64,000 nucleotides of DNA from an archaeon (GCA_018656555.1 JABHZQ010000023.1:2875-66874); one strand, 5' to 3'; positions 10,400-20,589 are shown, counted from the stretch's first letter. The notes: generated from the letters alone by a model not told the origin. Numbers and translations are program-made.

Positions 10400-11404
10400 A
10401 TGAATATTGTGATTTTTGCCTGTTTTTTGGTAAGTTTTGTAGTTACCCTAGTAAGTACACCCTATTGGATCAAAATAGCCCATAAAATAGGGATAGTGGC
10501 TGTTGACATGCATAAAGTTGACAAAAAAAAGAAAGTTGCCGAATTAGGGGGCATAGTTGTAGTATTTGGATTTATAATGGGAGTACTGCTATACATAGCA
10601 TTAGACACTTTTTACATTGAAAGCACCAACCTTGCAAACCTAGAAAGGGATGTACAAATCCTTGCTTGTCTTACAACAATTCTAATAATCTCAATAATTG
10701 GCCTAGTAGATGATATCCTTGGTTGGAAAATAGGATTAAGACAATACCAAAAACCAATCCTAGTACTATTAGCAACAATTCCTATGGTAGTAGTGAATGC
10801 AGGACATTCAATTACTACAATTCCATTTGTTGGAAGTATAGACATTGGAATTCTCTATGCATTACTTGTTGTACCCTTAGCAATAACTGGAGCAGCAAAT
10901 GGTTTCAATATGATCGCAGGCTATAATGGACTAGAAGCTGGTATGGGTATGATCATGCTAACCTTCCTAAGTTACATGGCTTGGTTGAATAATTACGGCT
11001 GGGTTGCAGTATTGGGTCTATGTATGGTTGCAAGTCTATTTGCATTTTACATTTTCAACAAATATCCATCAAAAATATTTCCAGGAGACACCGTTACTTA
11101 TACTGTGGGTGCCTTAATTGCTATAATGGCAATAATGGGAAACATAGAAAAGATTGCACTAATCATTTTCATTCCTTATTTCATAGAATTAATCCTCAAA
11201 CTAAGAGGCAAATTACAAAAAGAAAGTTTTGCAACAGTTAAAAAAGATGGATCCTTAGAAGTAAAAGGAATCTATGGATTAGAACACCTAGTTACACACA
11301 TTAGAACTAAATTGGGGAGAAAAACTTATGAGAAAGATGTAGTATTCTCACTCTACTTAATACAAGGATTTTTCATTGTTATTGCCTGTCTTGCAGTCCT
11401 ATAA
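10400..11404 (+). CDS. UDP-GlcNAc:dolichyl-phosphate GlcNAc-1-phosphate transferase (GPT/MraY/WecA family, AglH-like)
   Basis: Polytopic membrane protein with GLVDDI and NGFNMIAGYNGLEAG motifs typical of GT4-family polyprenyl-phosphate HexNAc-1-P transferases. Confidence 0.7.
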   Translation: MNIVIFACFLVSFVVTLVSTPYWIKIAHKIGIVAVDMHKVDKKKKVAELGGIVVVFGFIMGVLLYIALDTFYIESTNLANLERDVQILACLTTILIISIIGLVDDILGWKIGLRQYQKPILVLLATIPMVVVNAGHSITTIPFVGSIDIGILYALLVVPLAITGAANGFNMIAGYNGLEAGMGMIMLTFLSYMAWLNNYGWVAVLGLCMVASLFAFYIFNKYPSKIFPGDTVTYTVGALIAIMAIMGNIEKIALIIFIPYFIELILKLRGKLQKESFATVKKDGSLEVKGIYGLEHLVTHIRTKLGRKTYEKDVVFSLYLIQGFFIVIACLAVL

Positions 11405-11449
11405 CAGTCCTCCAATAAGTTTATTAATGAATTAAAATTTAACGAGAAG

Positions 11450-12643
11450 ATGGAAGGATTGGCTATAAATGGGGGGAAACCTATAAGAGATGACTTTCTT
11501 GTATTTTCAGCTCCAAAAATTTATGATGCAGAAATAAATGAGCTAATTCAAACTCTAAAAAGTGGATGGATTGGAACTGGTCCAAAAGTAAAGAGATTTG
11601 AAGAAGAATTTGCTTCATACAAAGGAGTTAATCATGCTCTAGCACTCAACTCTTGTACAGCTGGTCTTTCTCTAGGTTTAAGTATTCTCAATATTGGCCC
11701 AGGTGATGAAGTAATCACAACTCCAATGACTTTTGCTGCAACAGCTAATGTAATTGTTCATCAAGGTGCAAAACCAGTCTTTGTAGATATTGAAGAAGAT
11801 ACTCACAACATTGATCCTGAAAAAATAAAAGCAGCAATAACTGAAAAAACAAAAGCAATCATGCCAGTTCATATTGCAGGACACTCTTGTCAAATGGATC
11901 ATATAATGGAAATTGCAAACAATCACAATTTATTTGTTATAGAAGATTGTGCTCATGCTGTTGAAACAGAATTCAAAGGAAAAAAAGCAGGAGTAATTGG
12001 TGATTTGGGAGTATTCAGTTTCTATCCAAACAAAAACATGACAACTGGTGAAGGTGGAATGCTAATCACAAACAATGAAGATCTAATAGACAAGGCAAGA
12101 ATCCAAAGTTTACATGGTATGGACAAAGATGCATGGAAAAGGTTCTCAGCTTCTGGATTCAAACCATATGACATTGTATACCCTGGATACAAATACAACA
12201 TGACAGACATACAAGCATCCTTGGGGCTACATCAATTAAAAAGAGTAGAAAATAATCTATTAATCAGAGATAAAATATACAAACAATTTAATCAAGCATT
12301 CTCAAACATAGAAGAAATTGAAATTCCTCAAGAAAAAGGAGAGATAAGACATGCTAGACATCTCTATAGAATCCTAATCAAACCAGAAAAACTAAATTGT
12401 AATAGAAATGAATTCATCCAGATTCTACAAAAAGAAAACATTGGCTCTGGAATTCACTATCCTGCTCTACACACAAGCATATATTATAAAAAACAATTCA
12501 ACTATCAAGAAGGAATGTTTCCAATAACTGAAAAAGTAGGAGAAAATACAATTTCATTACCTCTATCTCCCTACATGAATGAAAAAGATGTTAATGATAC
12601 AATTATCGCAGTTGAAAAAGTTATTAGGAATCTAAGAAAATGA
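11450..12643 (+). CDS. DegT/DnrJ/EryC1/StrS-family PLP-dependent sugar aminotransferase
   Basis: N-terminal INGGKPIRD…FS…P…E…L…GW…GP signature and overall length. Confidence 0.8.
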   Translation: MEGLAINGGKPIRDDFLVFSAPKIYDAEINELIQTLKSGWIGTGPKVKRFEEEFASYKGVNHALALNSCTAGLSLGLSILNIGPGDEVITTPMTFAATANVIVHQGAKPVFVDIEEDTHNIDPEKIKAAITEKTKAIMPVHIAGHSCQMDHIMEIANNHNLFVIEDCAHAVETEFKGKKAGVIGDLGVFSFYPNKNMTTGEGGMLITNNEDLIDKARIQSLHGMDKDAWKRFSASGFKPYDIVYPGYKYNMTDIQASLGLHQLKRVENNLLIRDKIYKQFNQAFSNIEEIEIPQEKGEIRHARHLYRILIKPEKLNCNRNEFIQILQKENIGSGIHYPALHTSIYYKKQFNYQEGMFPITEKVGENTISLPLSPYMNEKDVNDTIIAVEKVIRNLRK

Positions 12644-13365
12644 CAATAGATCTAAGTCTTGTACTTGCAAGCTACAATTCAGGAAAGTTCCTAGGGAAAT
12701 CCCTAAAAGAAATAGAAGAAGTTATGGATAAATCAAACCTAACTTACGAAATCATATATGTAGATGATTCTAGCAAAGATGACAGTCAAGAAACAATAAA
12801 GAACATTTGTAAAAAAGATCCAGAAAAATTAAGATATGTATTTCATGAAAAAAACAAAGGAAGAGGTGCTGCAATAAAAACAGGTATTAAAGCAGCAAAA
12901 GGAGAAGTAATCGGCTACATTGATCCAGACCTAGAAACTCCTGCATATTATATTCCCATTCTAACAAAAGAAGTAAAAAAAGGCTATGACATTGTTACCG
13001 GCCTAAGAATCTACACATTAGATCCAATTTGGATGCACAGAACAATTGCATCAGTAGGTTACAGATACTTAGTTAGAATTATGATAAAAATGAAGTTCAA
13101 AGATAGTGAATCAGGATGTAAATTCTTCAACAGAGAAAAAATACTTAAAATTCTTCCTTACACTCCATCTGATGGATGGTTCTGGGACACTGAAATAATG
13201 ATGGAACCCTATTTCAAAGGTTACAAAATAAAAGAAATGCCTACTCTATTCCTAAGAAGAATTGATGAAAAAGGATCAACACTAAAACTATTCAAAGATT
13301 CAAAAGATTATTTTCTTCAACTATTAAAATATAGAAAGAGGTTGAAAAAGCGAGGTCTCCTATAA
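12640..13365 (+). CDS. GT2 glycosyltransferase (Dpm1-like)
   Basis: LSLVLASYN…IIYVDDSSKDDS…DPDL. An ATGA overlap with the upstream gene suggests an operon. Confidence 0.7.
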   Translation: MTIDLSLVLASYNSGKFLGKSLKEIEEVMDKSNLTYEIIYVDDSSKDDSQETIKNICKKDPEKLRYVFHEKNKGRGAAIKTGIKAAKGEVIGYIDPDLETPAYYIPILTKEVKKGYDIVTGLRIYTLDPIWMHRTIASVGYRYLVRIMIKMKFKDSESGCKFFNREKILKILPYTPSDGWFWDTEIMMEPYFKGYKIKEMPTLFLRRIDEKGSTLKLFKDSKDYFLQLLKYRKRLKKRGLL

Positions 13366-14372
13366 TGGCCATAACCATAATCATTCCACTCTATAATGCT
13401 GAAAAAACAATAAGAAAATGCCTTAATTCTATTTTTGAATCAGAATTTGATAATAAATTTGAAGTTATTGTAGTCAATGATGGTACAAAAGATAATTCCT
13501 TAGATATTGTAAAGGAATTTGATGTAAAAATAATAAACCAACCTAATAAAGGTGCTGCAGCTGCAAAGAACAATGGAGCACATAATGCAGAAACAGATCT
13601 AATCATGTTCCTAGACTCTGATGTTATCTTATACAAAGATACATTACAAAAAATATACAACCATCTAATCAAAGAAGATGTAGACTATGTTTCAGTTAGG
13701 TATTCTAAAAAACCAGCAAACAACAAATGGATACACAAATACAAAGCCCTAGCTGATTACTGCTACACCTATGAATTCATATTTACCAAAGAACAAAAAT
13801 CAAAACCAATAAAACAAGTTGTCCTTACTGGTGGTTTAGAAGGATATAAGAAAAAAGTATTTGAAGAACTTGGAGGTTTTGACAATAAAATCAAAGGGGC
13901 AGATGTAGAAGAAGAAAAGCTAATATCCAAACTATTCAAAAAATACCACATGCTCTCTGATGGAAACATTAAAACAAAACATCACTTTCCAAACTTTAAA
14001 TCACTAGTAAAGGCCTATTACTCTAGAACAAAAAACTCAATGGAATTAATAGAAGAGAATGATTACTCTCAGCCATATTTGAAAAAAAATCTAATTAGAA
14101 CCTTTCTAGGTGGATTAACAACCTCAGCCCTAGTTATCTCATTAATACTCTTTTTTACTCTTAACTTAATCTTCCCATTTTACATAACAGGAGGAATATT
14201 CCTAATCTTCATTCTGAAACATTTAAAAATGTATATAATTGCATTAAAAGAATATAATGTATTATTTTCAATATATTCACTAATCATGAGCCTATTTTTT
14301 GCAAATGTAATTTGTTTTGCAGGATTTATAGGTGTAATCAAAAACAAACTAAAAAATGAAAAAATTAGTTAA
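13365..14372 (+). CDS. GT2 glycosyltransferase with C-terminal TM helices (paralog of 250..1221)
   Basis: ITIIIPLYNAEKTI…VIVVNDGTKDNS…DSD. Confidence 0.7.
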   Translation: MAITIIIPLYNAEKTIRKCLNSIFESEFDNKFEVIVVNDGTKDNSLDIVKEFDVKIINQPNKGAAAAKNNGAHNAETDLIMFLDSDVILYKDTLQKIYNHLIKEDVDYVSVRYSKKPANNKWIHKYKALADYCYTYEFIFTKEQKSKPIKQVVLTGGLEGYKKKVFEELGGFDNKIKGADVEEEKLISKLFKKYHMLSDGNIKTKHHFPNFKSLVKAYYSRTKNSMELIEENDYSQPYLKKNLIRTFLGGLTTSALVISLILFFTLNLIFPFYITGGIFLIFILKHLKMYIIALKEYNVLFSIYSLIMSLFFANVICFAGFIGVIKNKLKNEKIS

Positions 14373-15420
14373 ACTAACCAAAAACATATTTGTAACTCAA
14401 ACACCCATTTATGTAGTCTTCTTTGTCACATCAGTATGTAATGCTAAATGTAAGATGTGTTTCAACTGGCAGAACATAGAAGCCCATAAAACCGATTTAG
14501 ATTTAGAAGAAGTAAAAAAAGTATTTAGTAATTTCTCAGAAATCCAACAATTAACATTAAGTGGAGGAGAACCTTTCTTAAGAAATGATCTTCCAGAAAT
14601 GTTAGAATATGTTTCCATAAAAAATCAAGTTCAAAGAATAACAATACCTACAAATGCATTATTAACTGATAAAATAATAGATACTACATCTAAAATACTA
14701 AACAAAATTAAAAAATCAACACAATTAAACATAAGCCTTTCAATTGAAGGTATCGACGATAAACATGATGAAGTATTTCAAGTTCCTGGTGCTTTTGAAA
14801 AGACAAAAAAAACTTATGAGAAATTACAACCTCTTTTGGAGATTCACAAAAATCTAAGCCTAGAAATAGCTATATGTTGTAGTAAATTCAATAAAGATCA
14901 TATTAAAGATACAATTAAGTATTGTAATGAAAAATTCCCTAGTTGTGCTATTTCCATAGTATTAGCAAGAGGAGATACAAGGGATGACTCATCTAAAGAT
15001 GTGACTATAGAAGAATATCAAGATATTATTAATTTCTATAACAAATTTAAGAAAGAAGAATCAGGAAAGGAAAAGTTTGGAAAAGTCTACAATGCTTTAG
15101 GTCAAATAGTAAACAATCAAGTAATTGAAGTAATGAAAACAGAAGAAATGCCAAACAAATGCTATGCTGGATCCAATATGATTGTAATCCAAAACAATGG
15201 AGATGTATTCCCTTGTGAGTACTTGAATAAAAAATTAGGCAATTTAAGAGAATTCCACTATGATATCAAACAAATTCTTAGTATGCAAGAAGCAAAAGAA
15301 GCTAGAAAGCATATCAAAGATAAAAAATGCTATTGTACATGGGAATGTGCTCTTTCTAATAACCTTGTAAGTAATCCCTTGAAATACCCTTCAATTCTTA
15401 AAGAAATGATAAAAGATTAA
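14356..15420 (+). CDS. Radical SAM/SPASM-domain enzyme (paralog family member 4; closest to 1218..2300)
   Basis: CNAKCKMCFNW and SGGEPFLR motifs, with C-terminal CEY…CYCTWEC cysteines. Confidence 0.7.
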   Translation: MKKLVKLTKNIFVTQTPIYVVFFVTSVCNAKCKMCFNWQNIEAHKTDLDLEEVKKVFSNFSEIQQLTLSGGEPFLRNDLPEMLEYVSIKNQVQRITIPTNALLTDKIIDTTSKILNKIKKSTQLNISLSIEGIDDKHDEVFQVPGAFEKTKKTYEKLQPLLEIHKNLSLEIAICCSKFNKDHIKDTIKYCNEKFPSCAISIVLARGDTRDDSSKDVTIEEYQDIINFYNKFKKEESGKEKFGKVYNALGQIVNNQVIEVMKTEEMPNKCYAGSNMIVIQNNGDVFPCEYLNKKLGNLREFHYDIKQILSMQEAKEARKHIKDKKCYCTWECALSNNLVSNPLKYPSILKEMIKD

Positions 15421-15692
15421 TATTTTAACACAGAATTTCTAGGCCACTCTGCGTGTCCATCCGAATATCCTAACTCACCTACAATTCTAGAAGCAGACTG
15501 TCCAGGCATAACATATACTGCTTCCCAATCAGATAAAGCATCTCTCCAAACAACTATTTCTTCAGCACCAGTTTGTAAACCTCTTCTGACTTCATTTCTA
15601 GCTCTATTTTCACCTAAACGAAAAGTTAAAGATCTTACAACATCCAAATTTCCCTCAACCATTCTATCAAGTTCTTCATTAGTAAAAACCAT
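15417..15692 (-). CDS. Hypothetical protein (91 aa); locally GC-richer than its surroundings
   Basis: ORF only; I recognise no motif. Confidence 0.25.
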   Translation of the reverse strand: MVFTNEELDRMVEGNLDVVRSLTFRLGENRARNEVRRGLQTGAEEIVVWRDALSDWEAVYVMPGQSASRIVGELGYSDGHAEWPRNSVLKY

Positions 15693-15799
15693 AAAACTCC
15701 TATTATCATATTCATTAAAAACTAAATGAAACCCAACTAACTATCTAAATTCCCTATTAACAGAAAATATTATAAATCTATAATTATTTCCAAATAATA

Positions 15800-16585
15800 A
15801 TGAAGGCAATAAAAAATCTTCTAATGATTGTAAACTATCAAACAGTTATAGTTACAGCATTAGCTATACTATCCACATTTCTTTGTGTTAAGTTTGAGTT
15901 ATTTGCTAATTTTCCAATGACTGTTGTTGCAACAGCAGTTATCTTTCCTATTGTCTTCTCAATTGGAGGAGCATACAAAAGAAGAGAAAATGCTCTAAAG
16001 GAGTATGGTAGTCTAAAAAGCCATGGTAGAGCAATATTCTTTGCAAGTAGAGACTGGTTAGATAATACTGATATCAAATTACAAAGCTCATTAAGAGACA
16101 AATTAAAAGACTTATTAGTTGATGCTAGAGATCTTTTCAAAGAACCACTTAAGAAAATGGAAAAGAACGAGAAAAAAGTTTACAGAGATTTCTCAGATCT
16201 TTCATTAATAATTAAAGAATTCAAAAAAAGAGGATTAAGCAATGGTGAGGTTTCAAGAAGCAATCAATACCTGTCTAAAATGCTTGTTGCTTTTGAAAAC
16301 ATTAAACACATCTATGAGTACAGAACTCCAAAAACCCTAAGAACTTACAGTAAAGTATTCATATTTTTATTACCAATCCTATATGGTCCTTATTTTGCAC
16401 ATATTTCATTAGATTTCTCATCACAATTAACTTATATTATACCTGCACTATTCAGTGTAGTACTAGTAAGCTTAGATAATATCCAAGATCAACTAGAAAA
16501 TCCATTTGACCAACTTGGAGAAGATGATGTTATTCTAAATGCAGAAAAGTTTGCTAAGAATTTAACATTAGAATCTAAGAAATAA
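15800..16585 (+). CDS. Membrane protein, possibly bestrophin/UPF0187-like
   Basis: Three or four N-terminal TM helices followed by a charged domain. The family call is from weak recollection. Confidence 0.4.
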   Translation: MKAIKNLLMIVNYQTVIVTALAILSTFLCVKFELFANFPMTVVATAVIFPIVFSIGGAYKRRENALKEYGSLKSHGRAIFFASRDWLDNTDIKLQSSLRDKLKDLLVDARDLFKEPLKKMEKNEKKVYRDFSDLSLIIKEFKKRGLSNGEVSRSNQYLSKMLVAFENIKHIYEYRTPKTLRTYSKVFIFLLPILYGPYFAHISLDFSSQLTYIIPALFSVVLVSLDNIQDQLENPFDQLGEDDVILNAEKFAKNLTLESKK

Positions 16586-16964
16586 GATTTTCATCTAAAA
16601 ACTTCTTTAATGCAACTAAATCCCTTTTTTCACTATCATAATATAAAGTATTAATTCCAACAGATTGAGCACTTTTCACAGCTTCTAAATTATGCTCAAA
16701 ATAAACAACCCCTTCAGCCTTTAAACCATTATGCTTAAGCATTATCCCATAATACTTAGGATCAGTCTTCTCTGGATTATGTCCCAAAGTAAAAACCTTA
16801 TATGGCATCTTATCCAATCCATACTTTTCTATCTGTTCATCACTTGCACTAGTTAGAATAACTTTCTTATTAGGATACTTCTCAAGCAAATCATACATCT
16901 CTTGAAAGATTCCTTCACCTTTAATCACAAAGGCACCAATTGCATCAACTAATATTGTTTTCAT
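16575..16964 (-). CDS. Small HAD-like hydrolase-fold protein
   Basis: ILVDAIG N-terminus and overall pattern. Weak. Confidence 0.35.
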   Translation of the reverse strand: MKTILVDAIGAFVIKGEGIFQEMYDLLEKYPNKKVILTSASDEQIEKYGLDKMPYKVFTLGHNPEKTDPKYYGIMLKHNGLKAEGVVYFEHNLEAVKSAQSVGINTLYYDSEKRDLVALKKFLDENLIS

Positions 16965-17005
16965 AAATTAAGAATAATTAAGAAATATATAAAGATTTTC
17001 AATAT

Positions 17006-17413
17006 CTAAGCTGTCCTCTTAGAAAACCTTGCAACACGATCTGCCAAATGTTCTTTAAATCTTCCCCTTATTATGCCTTCTTCTTCATCAGTAACAGGTA
17101 TAAATCTCTCTTCAGAAATTCCGTGCTCTCCACACTCCTCAAAATAAGAATCAGCAACAAAATCAGGAACTTTAAAGTAAACCCTAACTATCTCTCTCTT
17201 TCCTGTATGAATATGAACAGCTCTAGATAATTCCACACCAAAATCTAAAGGATCTGGTTTTCCAGTAGCTGTAATCTCAAAATCACTTTTTCCTTTCAGC
17301 CTATCAGGACCAATCCCTACATACACTACTCCCCCATTATCTCTATAGTTTCCAGGTTCACAAAATAAATGTTCACGCTTAACAACATAAATATCTACCA
17401 TAATTAGAAACAA
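17006..17413 (-). CDS. Hypothetical protein (135 aa)
   Basis: ORF with protein-like composition. No motif recognised. Confidence 0.35.
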   Translation of the reverse strand: MFLIMVDIYVVKREHLFCEPGNYRDNGGVVYVGIGPDRLKGKSDFEITATGKPDPLDFGVELSRAVHIHTGKREIVRVYFKVPDFVADSYFEECGEHGISEERFIPVTDEEEGIIRGRFKEHLADRVARFSKRTA

Positions 17414-17458
17414 AAAATTCTAACTTATAAATTTTTATATTCTAGAATAAAATCCGCC

Positions 17459-17480
17459 GAGGCTGGGCGAAAACCTTTGA
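17459..17480. repeat. att-like direct repeat: copy of the 3' end of the tRNA at 26044-26065 (cgccgaggctggg, exact 13-mer; about 20 nt similar)
   Basis: 17459 cgccgaggctgggcgaaaacc versus 26044 cgccgaggctgggattcgaaccc. Confidence 0.6.
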
Positions 17481-17568
17481 TTCATAGGCCCTGATTCCAG
17501 AGTCTTATGTAATACTTAAGCTTATATATTATGACATGTCGTCGGGGTTTATATGTTTTTCGCTGCCT

Positions 17569-19047
17569 TTATACTAACATTAGGAATAGAGATATAGGAA
17601 TTTTGACATAATTCCTATGTAGACCTAACTCATTCTTACTTATTAATACTCCTCCTTTGAAAGAACCAAATCCAACAAAATCAGATCCCCTAATTTGTGA
17701 TTGATATTTTACTTCAAAAGGATAAACCTTATCATCAAAAAGGATCACAAAGTCAATTTCTTTTTTCTTTTTTGTTTCAAAGTAACAAACATGATCTTTT
17801 GGATCAAATAGATCCTTGGGATTTAAACTAAAAACCAGCCTACATAAATGATTGTATACAACACTTTCAACTAATTTACTTTTTACTTCTAAATCTAATA
17901 AATTAGCTTTTGCATTAGTAAAATAATCCTTTTTCCCATTGGACCACCCATGTAGAGCATGAAATATAAAAGGATCTTGGATGTAAAGTTTTTTTGAAAA
18001 AGGACGAATTTTTTTATCAACTGAACATCTATAAACTTTATTTAGTGTATATAGATCTTCAAGTGCTTCAATATAATCATGTGCAGTATTATGAGAACTT
18101 ATGATTGTATTTTGAGTAAAACTTTTCCAACTAATGGGGGTAGATAGTGTTTTAAATACTTCCCTAATAAGTTGTTTAAAATATTCTTCTTTATATTTAT
18201 ATTTCCTCAATGAACCAATAACTGCCGTAATATAAACATTAAATAAATTTGTACTAATTTCTTTTTTTGTTTGATATTCATTTATTACTGAAGGTAAGCC
18301 TCCTGTTAAAAGATAAATCTCAAAAAGAGAATCTAATTCTTTTTTATAGATCATTAGCTTTTCTATGTCCTTATCAATTTTACCCTCGAAAAGATCCAAT
18401 ATCTTTTTTTGTCTATCTTTAATTTTAACAATACCCAAATCAAATTTTATCTTCTTAAAATCTGGCCATAAAAGTTCTACAAATTCTGAGAATTTCATAG
18501 GTAACAAAATTTTATCTAAAGGATCATTATCTTTTCCTCCTCTTCTACCTGGCATCAGTTCAGTTGAGTGCTTCAAATCCATAGCATGAGATCCTGTTAC
18601 AATAATAGAACAATTCTCAAAATCCCCTTTATTTGCAAAGTATATTAATTCTTTAGACCAATTTTTAACAGAACAAATTTCATCTAGAAAGATATATTTT
18701 CGATCTTTTTTTGTTTTTGATCTCCAACTTAAATATGTTTGAATTATCTGATTCATTTCATCTGAGTTTCTTTCTAAACTCCAAAAGAAAATATTTTCTG
18801 GATCTACTTTTTTATTTAATAAAAGATCTTTGATAATTAATTTAATTAACGTTGTTTTTCCTACTTGTCTTGGACCTCTAACTGTATAGATCACATCTTG
18901 GTCTAAATGAATAAAGTGTTTTATACTTGGATTCCATTTGAACTTTAATTGATTTAACTTTTTGAGCTTATGATCTTCAAGGATCTTATTTTTATCAGCC
19001 CACCAAGGATTTTGTTCAGATAATTGACTAATATCAAATGTAACCAT
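17569..19047 (-). CDS. AAA+ superfamily ATPase, COG1373 / DUF4143 type
   Basis: RGPRQVGKTTL Walker A signature of this family, with Walker B hhhhDE (IFLDEI). Confidence 0.7.
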   Translation of the reverse strand: MVTFDISQLSEQNPWWADKNKILEDHKLKKLNQLKFKWNPSIKHFIHLDQDVIYTVRGPRQVGKTTLIKLIIKDLLLNKKVDPENIFFWSLERNSDEMNQIIQTYLSWRSKTKKDRKYIFLDEICSVKNWSKELIYFANKGDFENCSIIVTGSHAMDLKHSTELMPGRRGGKDNDPLDKILLPMKFSEFVELLWPDFKKIKFDLGIVKIKDRQKKILDLFEGKIDKDIEKLMIYKKELDSLFEIYLLTGGLPSVINEYQTKKEISTNLFNVYITAVIGSLRKYKYKEEYFKQLIREVFKTLSTPISWKSFTQNTIISSHNTAHDYIEALEDLYTLNKVYRCSVDKKIRPFSKKLYIQDPFIFHALHGWSNGKKDYFTNAKANLLDLEVKSKLVESVVYNHLCRLVFSLNPKDLFDPKDHVCYFETKKKKEIDFVILFDDKVYPFEVKYQSQIRGSDFVGFGSFKGGVLISKNELGLHRNYVKIPISLFLMLV

Positions 19048-19082
19048 TATTTCTATAATTCTCTTTAAGTATTTAAGCTTTT

Positions 19083-19202
19083 TGACAGCTTATTTATAAA
19101 TGACGCCCACACAAAATGACAAGTAGTTTATAAAGAGAGCTATGGTTTATTGACAGCTTATTTATAAAGGAAGACAAAAATACTGACAACTTGTTTATAA
19201 AC
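19083..19202. repeat. Three iteron-like direct repeats TGACA(G/A)CTT(A/G)TTTATAAA at 19083, 19151 and 19184
   Basis: Read directly. Two copies are exact 18-mers and the third has 2 mismatches. Confidence 0.6.
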
Positions 19203-19405
19203 AGCCTGTACTTTGCATTTACAATAGATAAATCATCCATTCTAAGTACAAAATGGAACTAATCTAATGTTCATTAATATTAACAACTTGTTAATTTAAT
19301 GGAACAACTATTATGTACTAGATGTTAAAGAATCCTTAATTTTTAATACATAATAAACTAAATGTTCATCTCAGATGAATATTGCCTTTAGAATAACATG
19401 AAAAT

Positions 19406-19858
19406 TTGTATTTTGCAAATAATGGTGTTAACATCCAAGTCTTATTTCTTAAGATATGGCTGTTAAATCCTCTTTTGGAAGTTTCAGCAATATTTTTAAA
19501 GGAGCCTATAAAACCTCTTTTTATGTTAAACAATATTATATTTGAACATAGACCTACATTTAGTACAAAACAAAGAATAAGATTAGCTAAGGTCTTGGCT
19601 GAATGTCCTATAGAAATAACTTCTGTGGGTGGAGGACTTCCAGATATTCTATTAAGGGAAGGTCCAAATAGAGACAGTGCCAGAGGGAGAAGAGCATTTC
19701 AAAATTATGAATTATATCCTTTAGGGTTACAAGAATGTGAGGTTAGTATAGTAGAACCAAATGAATTTGGTGATGATATAGAGTTATCACAAAATGTTAT
19801 TGGTTTTTATTTTGCTCTAGAAAGACGTCCTAGACTTTATCATTTTTATGTAAAGTGA
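19406..19858 (+). CDS. Hypothetical protein
   Basis: ORF only. Confidence 0.3.
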   Translation: MYFANNGVNIQVLFLKIWLLNPLLEVSAIFLKEPIKPLFMLNNIIFEHRPTFSTKQRIRLAKVLAECPIEITSVGGGLPDILLREGPNRDSARGRRAFQNYELYPLGLQECEVSIVEPNEFGDDIELSQNVIGFYFALERRPRLYHFYVK

Positions 19859-19902
19859 AAATTGAGCGAACTCCCCCTACAGTAATCTATAATTTTCTTC
19901 TA

Positions 19903-20169
19903 CTACTTGAATCTACCAAATCTAAATAACATTGGTGGGGCTTTCCCTTCTTTTTTGAGTTTTTGGATAAATCGTTCTATTTGTTCATATCTATAAAATA
20001 AAAGCATTTCATAGAAGAACTTACTCTTCCTGTCGCATAAATCCGTAAACTCGTCTAGAAGTTCTTTCTTGAAACGAATAACATTCCAAGCCCTGTCTGA
20101 TTCACTGTAGTAAATCTTTCCTGCAATAGTCTTGTTTTCATTAACAGACTGTATGTATTGAGGCATCAT
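19903..20169 (-). CDS. Hypothetical small protein (88 aa)
   Basis: ORF only. Confidence 0.3.
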   Translation of the reverse strand: MMPQYIQSVNENKTIAGKIYYSESDRAWNVIRFKKELLDEFTDLCDRKSKFFYEMLLFYRYEQIERFIQKLKKEGKAPPMLFRFGRFK

Positions 20170-20589
20170 GATTTTTACACCTCTCTTTTATATGTTTTAA
20201 TTTAGTATGTTATAACATCTATTTATATTGGTGCCTTGTACTTTTGGTACTTGCCTTATAGTGCCTTTTAGTCTTTGTATTTGGTTAATTTGGCTATATC
20301 TAAGGGGTAGGAGGGTTGTATTGGTGTTTTGAGTGTTTTTGTTTAAGTTGTCAGTACTACTATTTAGTGGGAAAGTTTATATATGAGTTGTTTAGGGTTT
20401 TTATATAGCTTTGACGGTAAAAATGGCAAAAAAATGGCATTATACAAATAAAGGAACTGGTGCAATCTCATTATATGGAGATGGAATTACAGATTTTTGG
20501 GAGATGCTAGCAGATGATAATGAAATGAGAGAATTTCAAAATTTTTTAGGAATGTTTCAAGATCCATTTAGAGTTAGAGCTGAATTTTT

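Noticed and set aside
17456-17520. Possible second tRNA near 17456 (it shares gccgaggctggg with the real tRNA)
   Set aside because: Only ~20 nt of the tRNA 3' end are present, with no D or anticodon arms. I interpret it as the distal att repeat of the integrated element and not as a gene.
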